DNA from: Candidatus Woesearchaeota archaeon
Lineage (GTDB): Archaea; Nanobdellota; Nanobdellia; Woesearchaeales; JAGWAF01
Direction of reading: 5' to 3'
Length of the DNA stretch: 37,460 bases
Assembly: GCA_016932755.1 (NCBI GenBank)
Contig: JAFGCE010000057.1
Span: 1 to 37,460, forward strand
In this document: positions 24,206 through 33,811 of the stretch, piece by piece
Layout: each line of letters begins with the position of its first letter
How positions within the stretch are numbered: position 1 is the first letter of the stretch
Made by a program: the position numbers and the translations under genes
Notes under the pieces: generated by a model
The model's input: only the letters and a program-made list of their open reading frames with translations
Told to the model about the DNA's origin: nothing
The model's database searches: none

Positions 24206-26716
24206 ATGGCGCAAAAAAAGGAAATAAAGCTGAAGGTTGTGGAAGCAATACAGGATGATGTCAATAAAGGCATAGTCAGAATTGACTCTACAATCATGAA
24301 AGAGGTAGATGCAAGACCCGGCGATATTGTCGAGCTTGAGGGAGAAAGGAAGACAGTCGCTGTTGTTGACAGGGCATACCCTGGGGATATAGGGCTCAAC
24401 ATCATAAGAATGGACGGGCTTACAAGAAGGAATGCAAAAACATCTATCGGAGAGCAGGTAAAAATAAGCAAGTCTGAAGTAAAAGAGGCAGGCAAGGTTA
24501 TAATCGCGCCTGCGACAAAAGGAGTCATGATAAAGGCTTCTCCTTATGTATTCAAAAGGGGTCTTCTTGGGAGAGCTGTGCTGAAGGGGGATATTGTTTC
24601 TATAGGCGGCTCGCAGAAAAGAAGGTCTGCAATGAGCGGAAGCCCTTTTGACGAGATATTCAGCATGCTTGAGGACATGGATGTCAGCGCAGGAGCAGGC
24701 TTTGGCTTTGCTGACATAAAGTTTGTAATTGCAGAAACAACACCAAAAGCGCCGGTCATAATCACGGATGAAACCCAGATTGTGTTCAATCCTGAGGCAG
24801 TTGAGATAAAAGAAGAGGCAGGAGTTCCTGAAGTCGCTTATGAAGATATAGGCGGGCTGGATGAGGAAATAAGGAAGATAAGGGAAATGGTTGAGATTCC
24901 TTTGAAGCACCCTGAGATTTTCCAGAAGCTCGGCATTGAGCCTCCGAAAGGGGTTTTGCTGCACGGACCGCCTGGAACTGGAAAGACGCTAATGGCAAAA
25001 GCTGTAGCAAACGAGACAGGCTCGCATTTTATTGTCATAAATGGCCCTGAAATCATGAGCAAGTTCTACGGCCAGTCTGAAGAGAACCTGAGGAAAATAT
25101 TTGAAGAAGCTGAGAAAAGCGCTCCTTCAATTGTTTTTATTGATGAAATTGATGCTATTGCAACAAAAAGGGAGGAGACAAAAGGAGAGGTTGAGAGAAG
25201 GGTTGTAGCCCAGCTTCTTGCGCTTATGGACGGGCTGAAGTCAAGAGGAAAGGTTGTTGTCATTGCAGCAACAAATGTCCCGAACATACTTGACCCTGCA
25301 TTAAGGAGGCCTGGAAGATTCGACAGGGAGCTTGAGATTGGGGTGCCTGGAAAAGAGGGAAGGCTGAATATTTTGAAAATCCATACAAGAAACATGGCAC
25401 TTTACAGGGAGGAAAGGGCGCTGAATGAGATGAAGGATGTTCCTGAAAAATACAAAAAAGCTGTCTATGAGCTTTTGAAATCAAATGCAAAAGGAAAGAC
25501 TGTTGAGGAAAGGATAAGCAGGTATCTGCAGCAGAGCCCTGAAAAGACAGAATTGTTTGACAAGATTGACTCAAAGAAAATAAAGGAGTATCTTGACAAA
25601 TTAAAGAGAGACCCGAAGATTGTCAACCTGAACGAGCTTTCAAACATAACTTACGGGTTTGTTGGAGCAGACCTTTCAGCGCTTGCAAGAGAGGCTGCAA
25701 TGGTTGTCCTGAGAAGAGTGCTGCCTGACTTAAGATTTGCAAAAAAGACAGAAAATGAAAGCCTGCCTGAGGAAATACTTGAAAAGCTGTATGTAACACA
25801 GGAGGATTTCAGGGAAGCTTTGAGGGTTGTAAGGCCTTCTGCGCTCAGGGAAGTGCTTGTTGAAGTCCCTAACGTGAAATGGACAAGCATAGGCGGGCTT
25901 GAGGAAGTCAAACAGGAACTGAAAGAGGCTGTTGAGTGGCCTTTGAAAAACCCGCAGGCTTTCAGCAGGATGGGAGTCAAGCCTCCCAAGGGAATCCTTC
26001 TTTACGGAGCTCCTGGAACAGGAAAGACGCTGCTTGCAAAAGCTATTGCAACTGAATCTGAAGCAAACTTCATACTTGTAAAAGGCCCTGAGCTGCTTTC
26101 GAAGTGGGTCGGCGAAAGCGAGAAGGCGGTAAGGGAAGTCTTCAAGAAAGCAAGGCAGACAGCGCCTACAATAATCTGCTTTGATGAGATTGACAGCATG
26201 GCCCCCAGAAGGGGAATGCAGACAGGAAGCCATGTGACAGAGACTGTTGTCAACCAGCTTCTTACTGAAATGGACGGGCTGGAGGAGCTAAATGAGGTTG
26301 TTGTAATTGCAACCACAAACAGGCCTGATATGATTGACACAGCATTGCTGAGGCCAGGAAGGTTTGACAGGATTATACTTGCCCCTGTTCCTGATTTGAA
26401 AACAAGGGAGGAAATATTCAGGCTTCATACGAAAGGAATGCCTCTCAAAAATGTAAAAGTTGAGGAGCTTGCTGCAAAGACTGAAGGGTATGTCGGAGCT
26501 GATATTGAGGCTGTGTGCAGGGAGGCTGCAATGCTTGCCCTGAGAAAAGACATCAAGGCATCAGTCGTTACAATGAAGGATTTTGAGGCTGCTCTCGGTG
26601 TTGTAAGGCCTTCTGCAACAAAAGATATTGAAAAGGAATACAAGGATTTGAAAGACCAGTTCACAGCAGCAAGGGCAAAGGAAATGAGAGAGGACAAGCC
26701 TGCTTATTTCGGCTGA
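24206..26716 (+). CDS. cdc48: CDC48/VCP-type double-ring AAA+ ATPase
   Basis: N-domain (GIVRID...[11 protein letters not shown]). Two AAA modules: GPPGTGKTL + IVFIDEIDA, then GAPGTGKTL + IICFDEIDS. 836 aa. Confidence 0.95.
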   Translation: MAQKKEIKLKVVEAIQDDVNKGIVRIDSTIMKEVDARPGDIVELEGERKTVAVVDRAYPGDIGLNIIRMDGLTRRNAKTSIGEQVKISKSEVKEAGKVIIAPATKGVMIKASPYVFKRGLLGRAVLKGDIVSIGGSQKRRSAMSGSPFDEIFSMLEDMDVSAGAGFGFADIKFVIAETTPKAPVIITDETQIVFNPEAVEIKEEAGVPEVAYEDIGGLDEEIRKIREMVEIPLKHPEIFQKLGIEPPKGVLLHGPPGTGKTLMAKAVANETGSHFIVINGPEIMSKFYGQSEENLRKIFEEAEKSAPSIVFIDEIDAIATKREETKGEVERRVVAQLLALMDGLKSRGKVVVIAATNVPNILDPALRRPGRFDRELEIGVPGKEGRLNILKIHTRNMALYREERALNEMKDVPEKYKKAVYELLKSNAKGKTVEERISRYLQQSPEKTELFDKIDSKKIKEYLDKLKRDPKIVNLNELSNITYGFVGADLSALAREAAMVVLRRVLPDLRFAKKTENESLPEEILEKLYVTQEDFREALRVVRPSALREVLVEVPNVKWTSIGGLEEVKQELKEAVEWPLKNPQAFSRMGVKPPKGILLYGAPGTGKTLLAKAIATESEANFILVKGPELLSKWVGESEKAVREVFKKARQTAPTIICFDEIDSMAPRRGMQTGSHVTETVVNQLLTEMDGLEELNEVVVIATTNRPDMIDTALLRPGRFDRIILAPVPDLKTREEIFRLHTKGMPLKNVKVEELAAKTEGYVGADIEAVCREAAMLALRKDIKASVVTMKDFEAALGVVRPSATKDIEKEYKDLKDQFTAARAKEMREDKPAYFG

Positions 26717-26774
26717 TCACATATAATTCTATTTGATAGAAAAGTTTATAATAAATTAGTATTAAGCAGATTCC

Positions 26775-27056
26775 ATGGCAAGCAAGGTTCATGCAAAGCA
26801 TATACTTGTGAAAACAGAGGATGAAGCTAGGGTAATCCAGTTTGACCTTAGCAGGGGAAAATTATTTGAGGATGTTGCAAAAGAAAAATCATTATGCCCT
26901 TCTGGCAAGAAAGGAGGGGATTTAGGATGGTTCGGAAGGGGAATGATGGTAAAAGAGTTTGAGGGCGCTGCTTTCTCGCTGAAGAAAGGAGATATTTCAA
27001 AACCTGTAAAAACAAGGTTTGGATGGCACATAATAAAAGCTGAGGACATCAAATAG
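26775..27056 (+). CDS. Parvulin-type peptidyl-prolyl cis-trans isomerase
   Basis: KHILVKTEDEA, CPSGKKGGDLGWFGRGMMVKEFE and FGWHIIK, in a 93-aa single domain. Confidence 0.85.
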   Translation: MASKVHAKHILVKTEDEARVIQFDLSRGKLFEDVAKEKSLCPSGKKGGDLGWFGRGMMVKEFEGAAFSLKKGDISKPVKTRFGWHIIKAEDIK

Positions 27057-27061
27057 CTAAA

Positions 27062-28336
27062 ATGAATGCAAAACCAGGCGACAAAGTAAGGGTTGTTACA
27101 GAAGAGGAAGAGTTTGAGGGAATTCTTATGCCAAGGCCTGAGATTCTTGAAGAGGGAATCACTGTTGTAAAGCTTGGCAACGGATATAATATTGGCGTCA
27201 AAGACAAGAAAATCAAGAAGATTGAAGTTCTGGAAGAGTACAAGCCTAAAGAAGCCAAGAAGCCAAAGATTTCGTTTGACAAGAAGCTTCCAAATGTTTC
27301 TGTCCTTTCAACAGGAGGGACAATCTCCTCAAAAATAGACTACAGGACAGGCGGTGTAAAGGCAGACTACACTGCAGAGGATTTTGTGCAGATGATGCCT
27401 GAGATTGCGAAAGCTGCAAACCTTAAAGCAAAAAAAGTCATGTCAATGATGAGCGAGGACTTTGCCCCAAAAGACTGGAAAGTTATTGCAAAGGCAGTTG
27501 CAGAAGAGCTGAAAGAAGCTGACGGAGTTGTTGTTACAATGGGAACAGACACTTTGCATATTGCAGCAGCAGCTTTGGGATTTTTCTTAAAGGATTTAAA
27601 CAAGCCTGTTGTCATAACAGCCTCCCAAAGAAGCATTGACAGGGGAAGCTCTGATGCATTCATGAATTTAATTTGCGCTGCAACAGCAGCTGCAAAGTCA
27701 GACATTGCTGAAGTTGTAACCTGCCTGCACGGAACAACAAATGATGATTACTGCTTGCTGAATAGGGGAACCAAAGTAAGGAAGATGCACACCTCAAGAA
27801 GGGATGCTTTCAGGCCGATTAATGAACTGCCTTTGGCAAAGGTTTATCCTAACGGAAAGATTGAGGTTTTGAATAAAAATTACAGGAAAAAAGGAAAAGG
27901 AAAAACAACAGTTGATGACAAGTTTGAGGAAAAAACCGCTTTGATACAAATATTCCCCGGCATAGACGGGGAAGTAATTGACTTTTTTGTCAACAGAGGG
28001 TATAAAGGGATTGTTTTGGCTGCAACAGCGCTGGGGCATGTTCCGCAGTATATCTACCCTAATATAGAAAAAGCAATGAAAAAGAATATTCCTGTTGTGA
28101 TTGCAACCCAGACATTATACGGAAGGGTTCATCCCCTGGTTTATTCTGCTCTTAGGAATCTTTCAATAAAGTTGAAATGCATTTTTGCCGAGGACATGCT
28201 TCCTGAAACAGCTTATGTAAAATTAGGATGGGTTCTTGGGCATACAACAAAGCCTGAAGAAGTAAAGAAAATGATGCTTGCTAAAGCTGCCGGAGAAGTC
28301 AGCGACAGGCACCAGCCTGATTCTTTCCTGTATTAA
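27062..28336 (+). CDS. gatD: Glu-tRNA(Gln) amidotransferase subunit D
   Basis: N-terminal beta domain (GDKVRV...FEGILMP), then an asparaginase-like domain with LSTGGTISS and TMGTDT motifs. The start is 5 nt after the parvulin stop. Confidence 0.9.
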   Translation: MNAKPGDKVRVVTEEEEFEGILMPRPEILEEGITVVKLGNGYNIGVKDKKIKKIEVLEEYKPKEAKKPKISFDKKLPNVSVLSTGGTISSKIDYRTGGVKADYTAEDFVQMMPEIAKAANLKAKKVMSMMSEDFAPKDWKVIAKAVAEELKEADGVVVTMGTDTLHIAAAALGFFLKDLNKPVVITASQRSIDRGSSDAFMNLICAATAAAKSDIAEVVTCLHGTTNDDYCLLNRGTKVRKMHTSRRDAFRPINELPLAKVYPNGKIEVLNKNYRKKGKGKTTVDDKFEEKTALIQIFPGIDGEVIDFFVNRGYKGIVLAATALGHVPQYIYPNIEKAMKKNIPVVIATQTLYGRVHPLVYSALRNLSIKLKCIFAEDMLPETAYVKLGWVLGHTTKPEEVKKMMLAKAAGEVSDRHQPDSFLY

Positions 28337-28377
28337 AACCCCTAAGTTTTATAAGCAAGCAATTTTTTGTTATTGGA

Positions 28378-28758
28378 ATGGGAGTTTACCAAACAACCTC
28401 AGGAAAAGCTGTGGAATTTCCTGAAGGTCTTGAAAGGGTAGTTGCCGGGGAGCCAGCTATAGCTGAGAAATTCGTTAACAATGCCCCTGGAATGGAGGAT
28501 TTACAGTGTGTTTTCTATTTAGGAAAAGTTAATGGCGATATGCATGCGCAGTGCAGGACTGATTTTATAGGAAATGATAAAAAGAAAGGAATGATGATAG
28601 TTGAAGTGCATTCAGACTCTTCTCCATTGCCAGGAAACATGAATTCAGAAGAGATGCAGGACTTCTATTTGGGGCTGTACATAAACATGACCTCAGTAGC
28701 CCGTGATTATTTTGATGACAACTGGGTTGAGTGCTTGGGAGAAGTCAAATTAAAATAA
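28378..28758 (+). CDS. Hypothetical protein, no recognizable domain
   Basis: 126-aa ORF with non-repetitive composition (4 Cys, several W/Y/H). Convergent with pckG. Confidence 0.45.
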   Translation: MGVYQTTSGKAVEFPEGLERVVAGEPAIAEKFVNNAPGMEDLQCVFYLGKVNGDMHAQCRTDFIGNDKKKGMMIVEVHSDSSPLPGNMNSEEMQDFYLGLYINMTSVARDYFDDNWVECLGEVKLK

Positions 28759-28761
28759 AAA

Positions 28762-30618
28762 TCATTCCTCAAATTCATGAGGAAGTATGTTTTCTTTGCC
28801 GAACCTTTCTTTTGCATGCCTGAGCCTTTTTTCCTGCTGTTCAAGGTGCTCGATAAATACATGAGGTATCCCCTGCTCTGAATTGTATATTCCTCTTACC
28901 CTCTCAAACCTTTCGATAAGCTTGGATGTCCTTATCATAAACTGCTCATTGTATTCCTCTTCTGTGTAATCCTTGTCAAATATCTGCTTAAACAGCATCT
29001 TAAGGTCCTTGTATTTCGGGATGTATCCTATAGGCGTTTCAATTGCGTGGAACTCCTCATGGGCTCTTCCTTCCATCCACATCAGCCAGACCTTTTTGTC
29101 TGTCTTCTCATTCATGAATTTGCCGTCCTTCTTGAGGAAATAGTTTGTAGTGAAAACCAGAGGAGGTTTGTCAAGCTTCTCCCCAAACTTGATGTGGTTT
29201 TGTATGTAAACACTGAGAGGAACAACAAGAAAGTCTATATTTGCCATTGGGTTATGAACCCTGATTCCTTCCTGCCCTATTGTTGCTGCTGTTGTTTCAG
29301 ACTCAAGGCAGGCTCCCAAAAAAACACCATGATGCCAGCTAAGAGCCTGGCATACAGGAACGCTTGTGTCTGAGTCCCTTCCTCCGTAAATAATTCCCTG
29401 GACAGGCACTCCCTTAGGGTCTTCCAGATGAGGGTCTGCGTTCTCAAGCTCGCTGATTTTTATAGTATACCTTGCGTTTTTGTGCGCAGGAGGAACTTCT
29501 TTTCCGTCAGGGCCTTTTTTCCCTTCTTTCCATTCTCCAGAAAAGTTGAATCCTTCCTTAGGAATTTCTTTGCCCATCCCAAGCCAGTAAGGGATTTTGT
29601 CCTTTACAAGAACATTGGAGAATATTACCTCCCTTTCTGTTGTGAGGGTTTTGTAAATCAGGGGGTCGTCAATAGGATTAACATCCTGGATTATTCCGAA
29701 TATGCCCCTCTCAACATTGACTGCTTTTGCCCTTCCGCCGTGGCTGACTCTTATGTAGGCAATGTCATCGCCTATAATTGTCTGCCCAGGAATCATTGCT
29801 GTTGATGTTTTCCCGCAGGCAGAAGGGAACGCTCCTGTGAAATATGTAACTCTTTTTTTACCTTCAGGATGAACGCCCATTATGAACATGTGCTCGCAAA
29901 GCCAGTCTTCCTGATGCGCCTTTTTTATTGCAAGCCTCAGTGCAAGTTTTTTTAGTCCTACACTATTGCCTGCATACTGGTTGTTGACTGTCAGAACCCT
30001 GTCTCCTTCAATGTCTATGTAAATTCTCTTCTTGTCCACATCAAGGCTGCTTCCTTTTTCATCAAGCCTTCCTGCTGAATGGACAAAATGAAAAAAGTCT
30101 GATGAGCCCTTAAGCTTCTTGAACTGCTCATATCCCTGCCTGTAAAGCAATTCTTCGCTGTGGGCAACATAAGCCGAGTCTGTTATCTGCAGTGAAGGGA
30201 TTGAAAACACAGAACCTGTTGGCCCAAGGCAAAAAAATCTTATAAGCATCTCTTTTCCTTCCATTATGCCTTCCATAAATCCAAAAATCTCTTCAAGGCA
30301 CTCGTCCCTGTTTCCGCAGTTTATAACTTTGCTAAGGCAAAGGTTGCCTGACATAAGAACTTTTGTCACTTCCTTGTCCCTTCCCTGGTCATAATAGCCG
30401 TCAAAGTGGACTGTATGCCCTTTCATTGCGAGCTTTTTTTCTTCGCCTTTTTTCAGGGCAAGCTCTCTTACATAATTAATATCCTCAGCAGAATCTGTTA
30501 CAACAGTGACTTTTGCAGGCCTGCAAATGCCGATATATTTCTTGACTATATTCATCACATGCGGATTTTTCAAAGCTTCTAATTTCTTCAGGCTTTCGCC
30601 TGTTAGCAGTTCAGACAT
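28762..30618 (-). CDS. pckG: Phosphoenolpyruvate carboxykinase (GTP)
   Basis: P-loop FPSACGKTS, WLCEHMFIMG, IIYGGRD, FTTNYFLK and WMEGRAH-type motifs. SD GGTGAGGTGA upstream. Confidence 0.95.
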   Translation of the reverse strand: MSELLTGESLKKLEALKNPHVMNIVKKYIGICRPAKVTVVTDSAEDINYVRELALKKGEEKKLAMKGHTVHFDGYYDQGRDKEVTKVLMSGNLCLSKVINCGNRDECLEEIFGFMEGIMEGKEMLIRFFCLGPTGSVFSIPSLQITDSAYVAHSEELLYRQGYEQFKKLKGSSDFFHFVHSAGRLDEKGSSLDVDKKRIYIDIEGDRVLTVNNQYAGNSVGLKKLALRLAIKKAHQEDWLCEHMFIMGVHPEGKKRVTYFTGAFPSACGKTSTAMIPGQTIIGDDIAYIRVSHGGRAKAVNVERGIFGIIQDVNPIDDPLIYKTLTTEREVIFSNVLVKDKIPYWLGMGKEIPKEGFNFSGEWKEGKKGPDGKEVPPAHKNARYTIKISELENADPHLEDPKGVPVQGIIYGGRDSDTSVPVCQALSWHHGVFLGACLESETTAATIGQEGIRVHNPMANIDFLVVPLSVYIQNHIKFGEKLDKPPLVFTTNYFLKKDGKFMNEKTDKKVWLMWMEGRAHEEFHAIETPIGYIPKYKDLKMLFKQIFDKDYTEEEYNEQFMIRTSKLIERFERVRGIYNSEQGIPHVFIEHLEQQEKRLRHAKERFGKENILPHEFEE

Positions 30619-30740
30619 AATTTCACCTCACCCATTTGTCATTTCCGTGCTTTGTTTAGAGAAGTCATATTTAATATTAACGATTTTGAGGAGGGACAGG
30701 GGAAAAGATTATATTTAAGTTTGACTGGGATGGTGATATA

Positions 30741-31001
30741 ATGCAATACATAGCTGACTTAATCAACAAAATCAAATGGGATGAGAACGAAAATCCTGAG
30801 GATTATGTTATCGGCTATGAGGACAGGATTTCAAAGAAGATTGTTGAGATAAAGTTCACAGAAATAAAAAGAATAGAGGGAAACTTCATGGTTCTTGAAA
30901 GGGATTTAGAAGAAGTGGATATTCCTATGCACAGGATAAGGGTTGTTAAAAAACAGGGAAATATTGTCTGGGAAAGAGCTAAAGCTCATGAAGAACCATA
31001 A
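30741..31001 (+). CDS. DUF504/UPF0248 (MJ1316-type RNA cyclic-end recognition domain) protein
   Basis: 86 aa with KIKWDE...Y.IGYEDR...IPMHRIRVVKKQGNIVWER, the family pattern as I recall it. SD GGTGAT upstream. Confidence 0.65.
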   Translation: MQYIADLINKIKWDENENPEDYVIGYEDRISKKIVEIKFTEIKRIEGNFMVLERDLEEVDIPMHRIRVVKKQGNIVWERAKAHEEP

Positions 31002-31419
31002 GAGTTTGTGTTGTCCCTATCCCTTTCTGCCCCCTTAAAACACCTGTTATGAACTTGTCAAGAGAAACAATGTCTTTTGCCCTAATCTTGAGTATCATGT
31101 CAAAAGCGCCTGTGACCATGCACGCTTCCTCAACCTCCTCATAAGACCTGAGCTTTTTTGCAAACTGCTCCTGGCTTACCTTTGCCTCCTTAAGGCACTT
31201 ATAATCAAGAGATATCAAGGTGTATGCTGCCAGCGGCTTTCCTATTTTTTGGTAGTCCAGATTAAGGGTATAGCCTTTGATGAACCCTTCTTTCTCAAGC
31301 TTTTTTATCCTGTTATGGACAGTTGTTATCGGAATTAATGTCTGCTTTGAGATTTCGTGCGTCGAAAGCTTGGCGTTTTCCTTTAGTATTTTGATAATTT
31401 TTTCATCTTTTTCGTCCAT
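30979..31419 (-). CDS. Lrp/AsnC family transcriptional regulator
   Basis: DEKIIKILKENAKLSTHEISKQTLIPITTVHNRIKKLEKEGFIKGY HTH plus a RAM-type C-terminal domain. The start is moved from TTG 31437 to ATG 31419, about 29 nt from TTTAAATA. 23-nt convergent overlap with the DUF504 gene. Confidence 0.85.
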   Translation of the reverse strand: MDEKDEKIIKILKENAKLSTHEISKQTLIPITTVHNRIKKLEKEGFIKGYTLNLDYQKIGKPLAAYTLISLDYKCLKEAKVSQEQFAKKLRSYEEVEEACMVTGAFDMILKIRAKDIVSLDKFITGVLRGQKGIGTTQTLMVLHEL

Positions 31420-31493
31420 AATGGAATAATATTCCAAATAACTATTTAAATTTTGTCTTTTTTGGAAAATTTTTTGCTTAAAAACCCGAAATC

Positions 31494-31500
31494 TTTATAA
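31494..31500 (+). promoter_or_regulatory. TATA-like TTTATAA within CTTTATAATTTATAAAATATATATAG
   Basis: Centred about 27 nt upstream of ATG 31524. Confidence 0.3.
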
Positions 31501-31523
31501 TTTATAAAATATATATAGATAAG

Positions 31524-31637
31524 ATGGCACTTAAACCAAGACTGTCAATGGAGTTCTATACAAGGAAGGTTCTTAAGGCAGTTCCTAAACCTGCTCCTGG
31601 TTTTGATTATGAAGAAACAGAATATGTTGCAATGTAA
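31524..31637 (+). CDS. 37-codon small ORF (MALKPRLSMEFYTRKVLKAVPKPAPGFDYEETEYVAM), possibly leaderless
   Basis: The ATG is at the distance expected for a TSS after the TATA-rich tract. It fills an otherwise empty 200-nt gap, and its stop abuts the stop of the convergent gene. No homology recognized. Confidence 0.3.
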   Translation: MALKPRLSMEFYTRKVLKAVPKPAPGFDYEETEYVAM

Positions 31638-32231
31638 TCATTCTAAAACTTTTAGATAAGAAGATTCAAGCATGTGGTTAGGGTTGTATTCGCCGGTATT
31701 GTCCCTTAGCTTGGGCATCCAGACATTGAAGAATAATGACTCAAACTTGTCAATAAAAGTTGCAGGCCAGCTTAATGTTGAAAACTGAAGATCTTCCAGC
31801 GCCTTTTTCCTTTTTTTGTCATCCATCCCTGCAATATCCACCTCAGGATTAGGTATAAGATGCCTTCCGTAAAGAAAGATGACATAGTCCAGCAGATTGC
31901 TTTCAAATCTTTCTGCGTCAGGTGTTTCAGAATCATGGACACCAAAAAGAGCCCTTAAGCAGACCAAGTCCTGCAAAAAACTTGTGAACGGTATTATTTC
32001 CTTGCTTCCGCAAAACCTCTGGCCAACTCTTCCCTCTGCGCCGTTAAAATAAAGACTTTTTCTGTCAGGCCTTGTGACAACCAAGTCATACTTAACTGCA
32101 GCCCCGCTGCCAATGTATTCATCAACACTCCTGTAAGTCCTAAGCTTGTCTTCAAGATAAAGAAATTTATGCGAATCTGATTCAAACACAAACTCTTTTT
32201 CAGGGATTTCCTGTGAAAATACTACTTTCAT
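31638..32231 (-). CDS. Hypothetical protein, no recognizable domain
   Basis: The start is moved from 32288 to ATG 32231 (MKVVFSQEI...), because the track's hydrophobic N-terminal extension would run through the gatE promoter. 197 aa with non-repetitive composition. Confidence 0.5.
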   Translation of the reverse strand: MKVVFSQEIPEKEFVFESDSHKFLYLEDKLRTYRSVDEYIGSGAAVKYDLVVTRPDRKSLYFNGAEGRVGQRFCGSKEIIPFTSFLQDLVCLRALFGVHDSETPDAERFESNLLDYVIFLYGRHLIPNPEVDIAGMDDKKRKKALEDLQFSTLSWPATFIDKFESLFFNVWMPKLRDNTGEYNPNHMLESSYLKVLE

Positions 32232-32307
32232 GACTAAAAGTAAAAAACGCTCGCTTATAAAGATTAGTGAAGAAAAATATATAAACAAACTCCCAATTAG
32301 AGATTAT

Positions 32308-33729
32308 ATGGAACTTGACTACAGGAAGATTGGTTTCAGGAGCGGGCTTGAAATACACCAGCAGCTTGAAACAAACAAATTGTTCTGCAAATGCCCTTCT
32401 TTAGTCAACGACCCCCGCAAGGCCGACATAAAAGTCACAAGAAGCCTCAGGCCTGTTGTCGGAGAGACAGGCGAAGTTGATGTTGCTGCTTTGCACGAGA
32501 TGAAAAAAGGGAGGCAGTTTGTTTATGAGGCATGCACCACATCAAGCTGCCTTGTTGAGCTGGATGAAGAGCCGCCGCATCCTCTTAATGAGGAAGCCCT
32601 CAACATTGCACTGCAGGTTGCAGGCATGCTTAACGCAAAAATCGTTGACGAAATACAGGTAATGAGGAAGACAGTAATAGACGGAAGCAATGTTTCAGGT
32701 TTCCAGAGAACCGCCCTGGTTGCGAGAAACGGGTTTTTGGAGACATCAAAAGGAAAAGTAAGAATACCTACAATCTGCCTTGAAGAAGAGGCTGCAAAAA
32801 GAATAAGGGAAGACGACAAATCAGTTACATTCAGGTTAGACAGGCTGGGAGTTCCGCTTATTGAAATCGGGACAGAGCCTGACATAATAGACCCTGAGCA
32901 TGCAAAGGAGACTGCGGAAAAGATAGGCATGATACTGAGAAGCACAGGCAGGGTAAAAAGGGGGATCGGCTCTGTAAGGCAGGATATCAATGTAAGCATT
33001 AAAGGCCATCCAAGAGTTGAGATAAAAGGATTCCAGGACTTAAGGTCAATACCAAAAATTCTTGATTATGAAGTCAAAAGGCAGATGAAAGAGGCAAAGC
33101 AGGGAAATAAGCCAGAGCCCCATGTAAGAAAAGCAGAGCCAGACATGACAACATCATTCCTTAGGCCAATGCCCGGCTCTGCAAGGATGTATCCTGAAAC
33201 AGATGTTGTTCCTGTCAAGCCGGCAAAGCTAAAAATGGAAAAAGTTGAGCTTATAGAGGACAAGGTAAAAAGAATCGAATCACTTGGGATAGGGGCAGAC
33301 CTTGCAAAGCATGTTGTAAAATCAGGAAAAGACAGGTTTGTTGAGGAATCTGCAAAAAAATACAGGAATCTGAAGCCAACATTTATTGCTGAAACAGCAA
33401 TGACATCTGTTTCCCAGGTAAAGAAGCAGTTCAATATAGACATCAGCCCTTCTGATGATGACTTTGAAATTTTGTTCAAAGAGCTTAATGATGAAAAGAT
33501 AGCAAAAGAAAGCATACTTGAAATTCTAAAGGAAAACAAGCCTGTAAAGGAAGTTATCTCAAAATACGAGCTTATGCCTGATGAGGATTTGAAGAGAGAG
33601 CTTAAGAAAATAGCTGATGAAAACAAGGGCGTGCCTTTCAATGCGCTGATAGGAAAAGCTATGGCAAATCTGAGGGGAAAAGCATCAGGAAAAAAGATAG
33701 CTGAACTTCTAAAAAACATAGCAAAATAA
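32308..33729 (+). CDS. gatE: Glu-tRNA(Gln) amidotransferase subunit E
   Basis: MELDYRKIGFRSGLEIHQQLETNKLFCKCPS is the canonical GatE N-terminus. The start is moved from 32230 to 32308, about 27-30 nt after AAATATATAAA. Confidence 0.9.
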   Translation: MELDYRKIGFRSGLEIHQQLETNKLFCKCPSLVNDPRKADIKVTRSLRPVVGETGEVDVAALHEMKKGRQFVYEACTTSSCLVELDEEPPHPLNEEALNIALQVAGMLNAKIVDEIQVMRKTVIDGSNVSGFQRTALVARNGFLETSKGKVRIPTICLEEEAAKRIREDDKSVTFRLDRLGVPLIEIGTEPDIIDPEHAKETAEKIGMILRSTGRVKRGIGSVRQDINVSIKGHPRVEIKGFQDLRSIPKILDYEVKRQMKEAKQGNKPEPHVRKAEPDMTTSFLRPMPGSARMYPETDVVPVKPAKLKMEKVELIEDKVKRIESLGIGADLAKHVVKSGKDRFVEESAKKYRNLKPTFIAETAMTSVSQVKKQFNIDISPSDDDFEILFKELNDEKIAKESILEILKENKPVKEVISKYELMPDEDLKRELKKIADENKGVPFNALIGKAMANLRGKASGKKIAELLKNIAK

Positions 33730-33811
33730 GGCAAAAAGTTTATAAATAGACTCAAAATTGCTTCTATATATACCAATCTATAATAACAAAACAATTTGGG
33801 GTGAATTAAAT

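Noticed and set aside
25397-25630. The Cdc48 insertion as a possible intein
   Set aside because: It is too short, K/E-rich and helical-looking, and lacks Cys/Ser/Thr at a splice junction and a terminal His-Asn.
24158-26697. Multiple minus-strand ORFs (268, 167, 112 aa and others) inside cdc48
   Set aside because: They are antisense shadows of a highly conserved AAA+ gene, with Cys/Arg/Ser/Phe-rich nonsense composition.
32230-32307. N-terminal extensions in the ORF track (gatE from 32230, ppdK from 33758, dys to 23555, HPF-like from 6069, the 31638 gene to 32288, Lrp to 31437)
   Set aside because: The extensions run through TATA-like boxes or use TTG/GTG starts. Internal ATGs restore canonical N-termini and have SD motifs or leaderless spacing.
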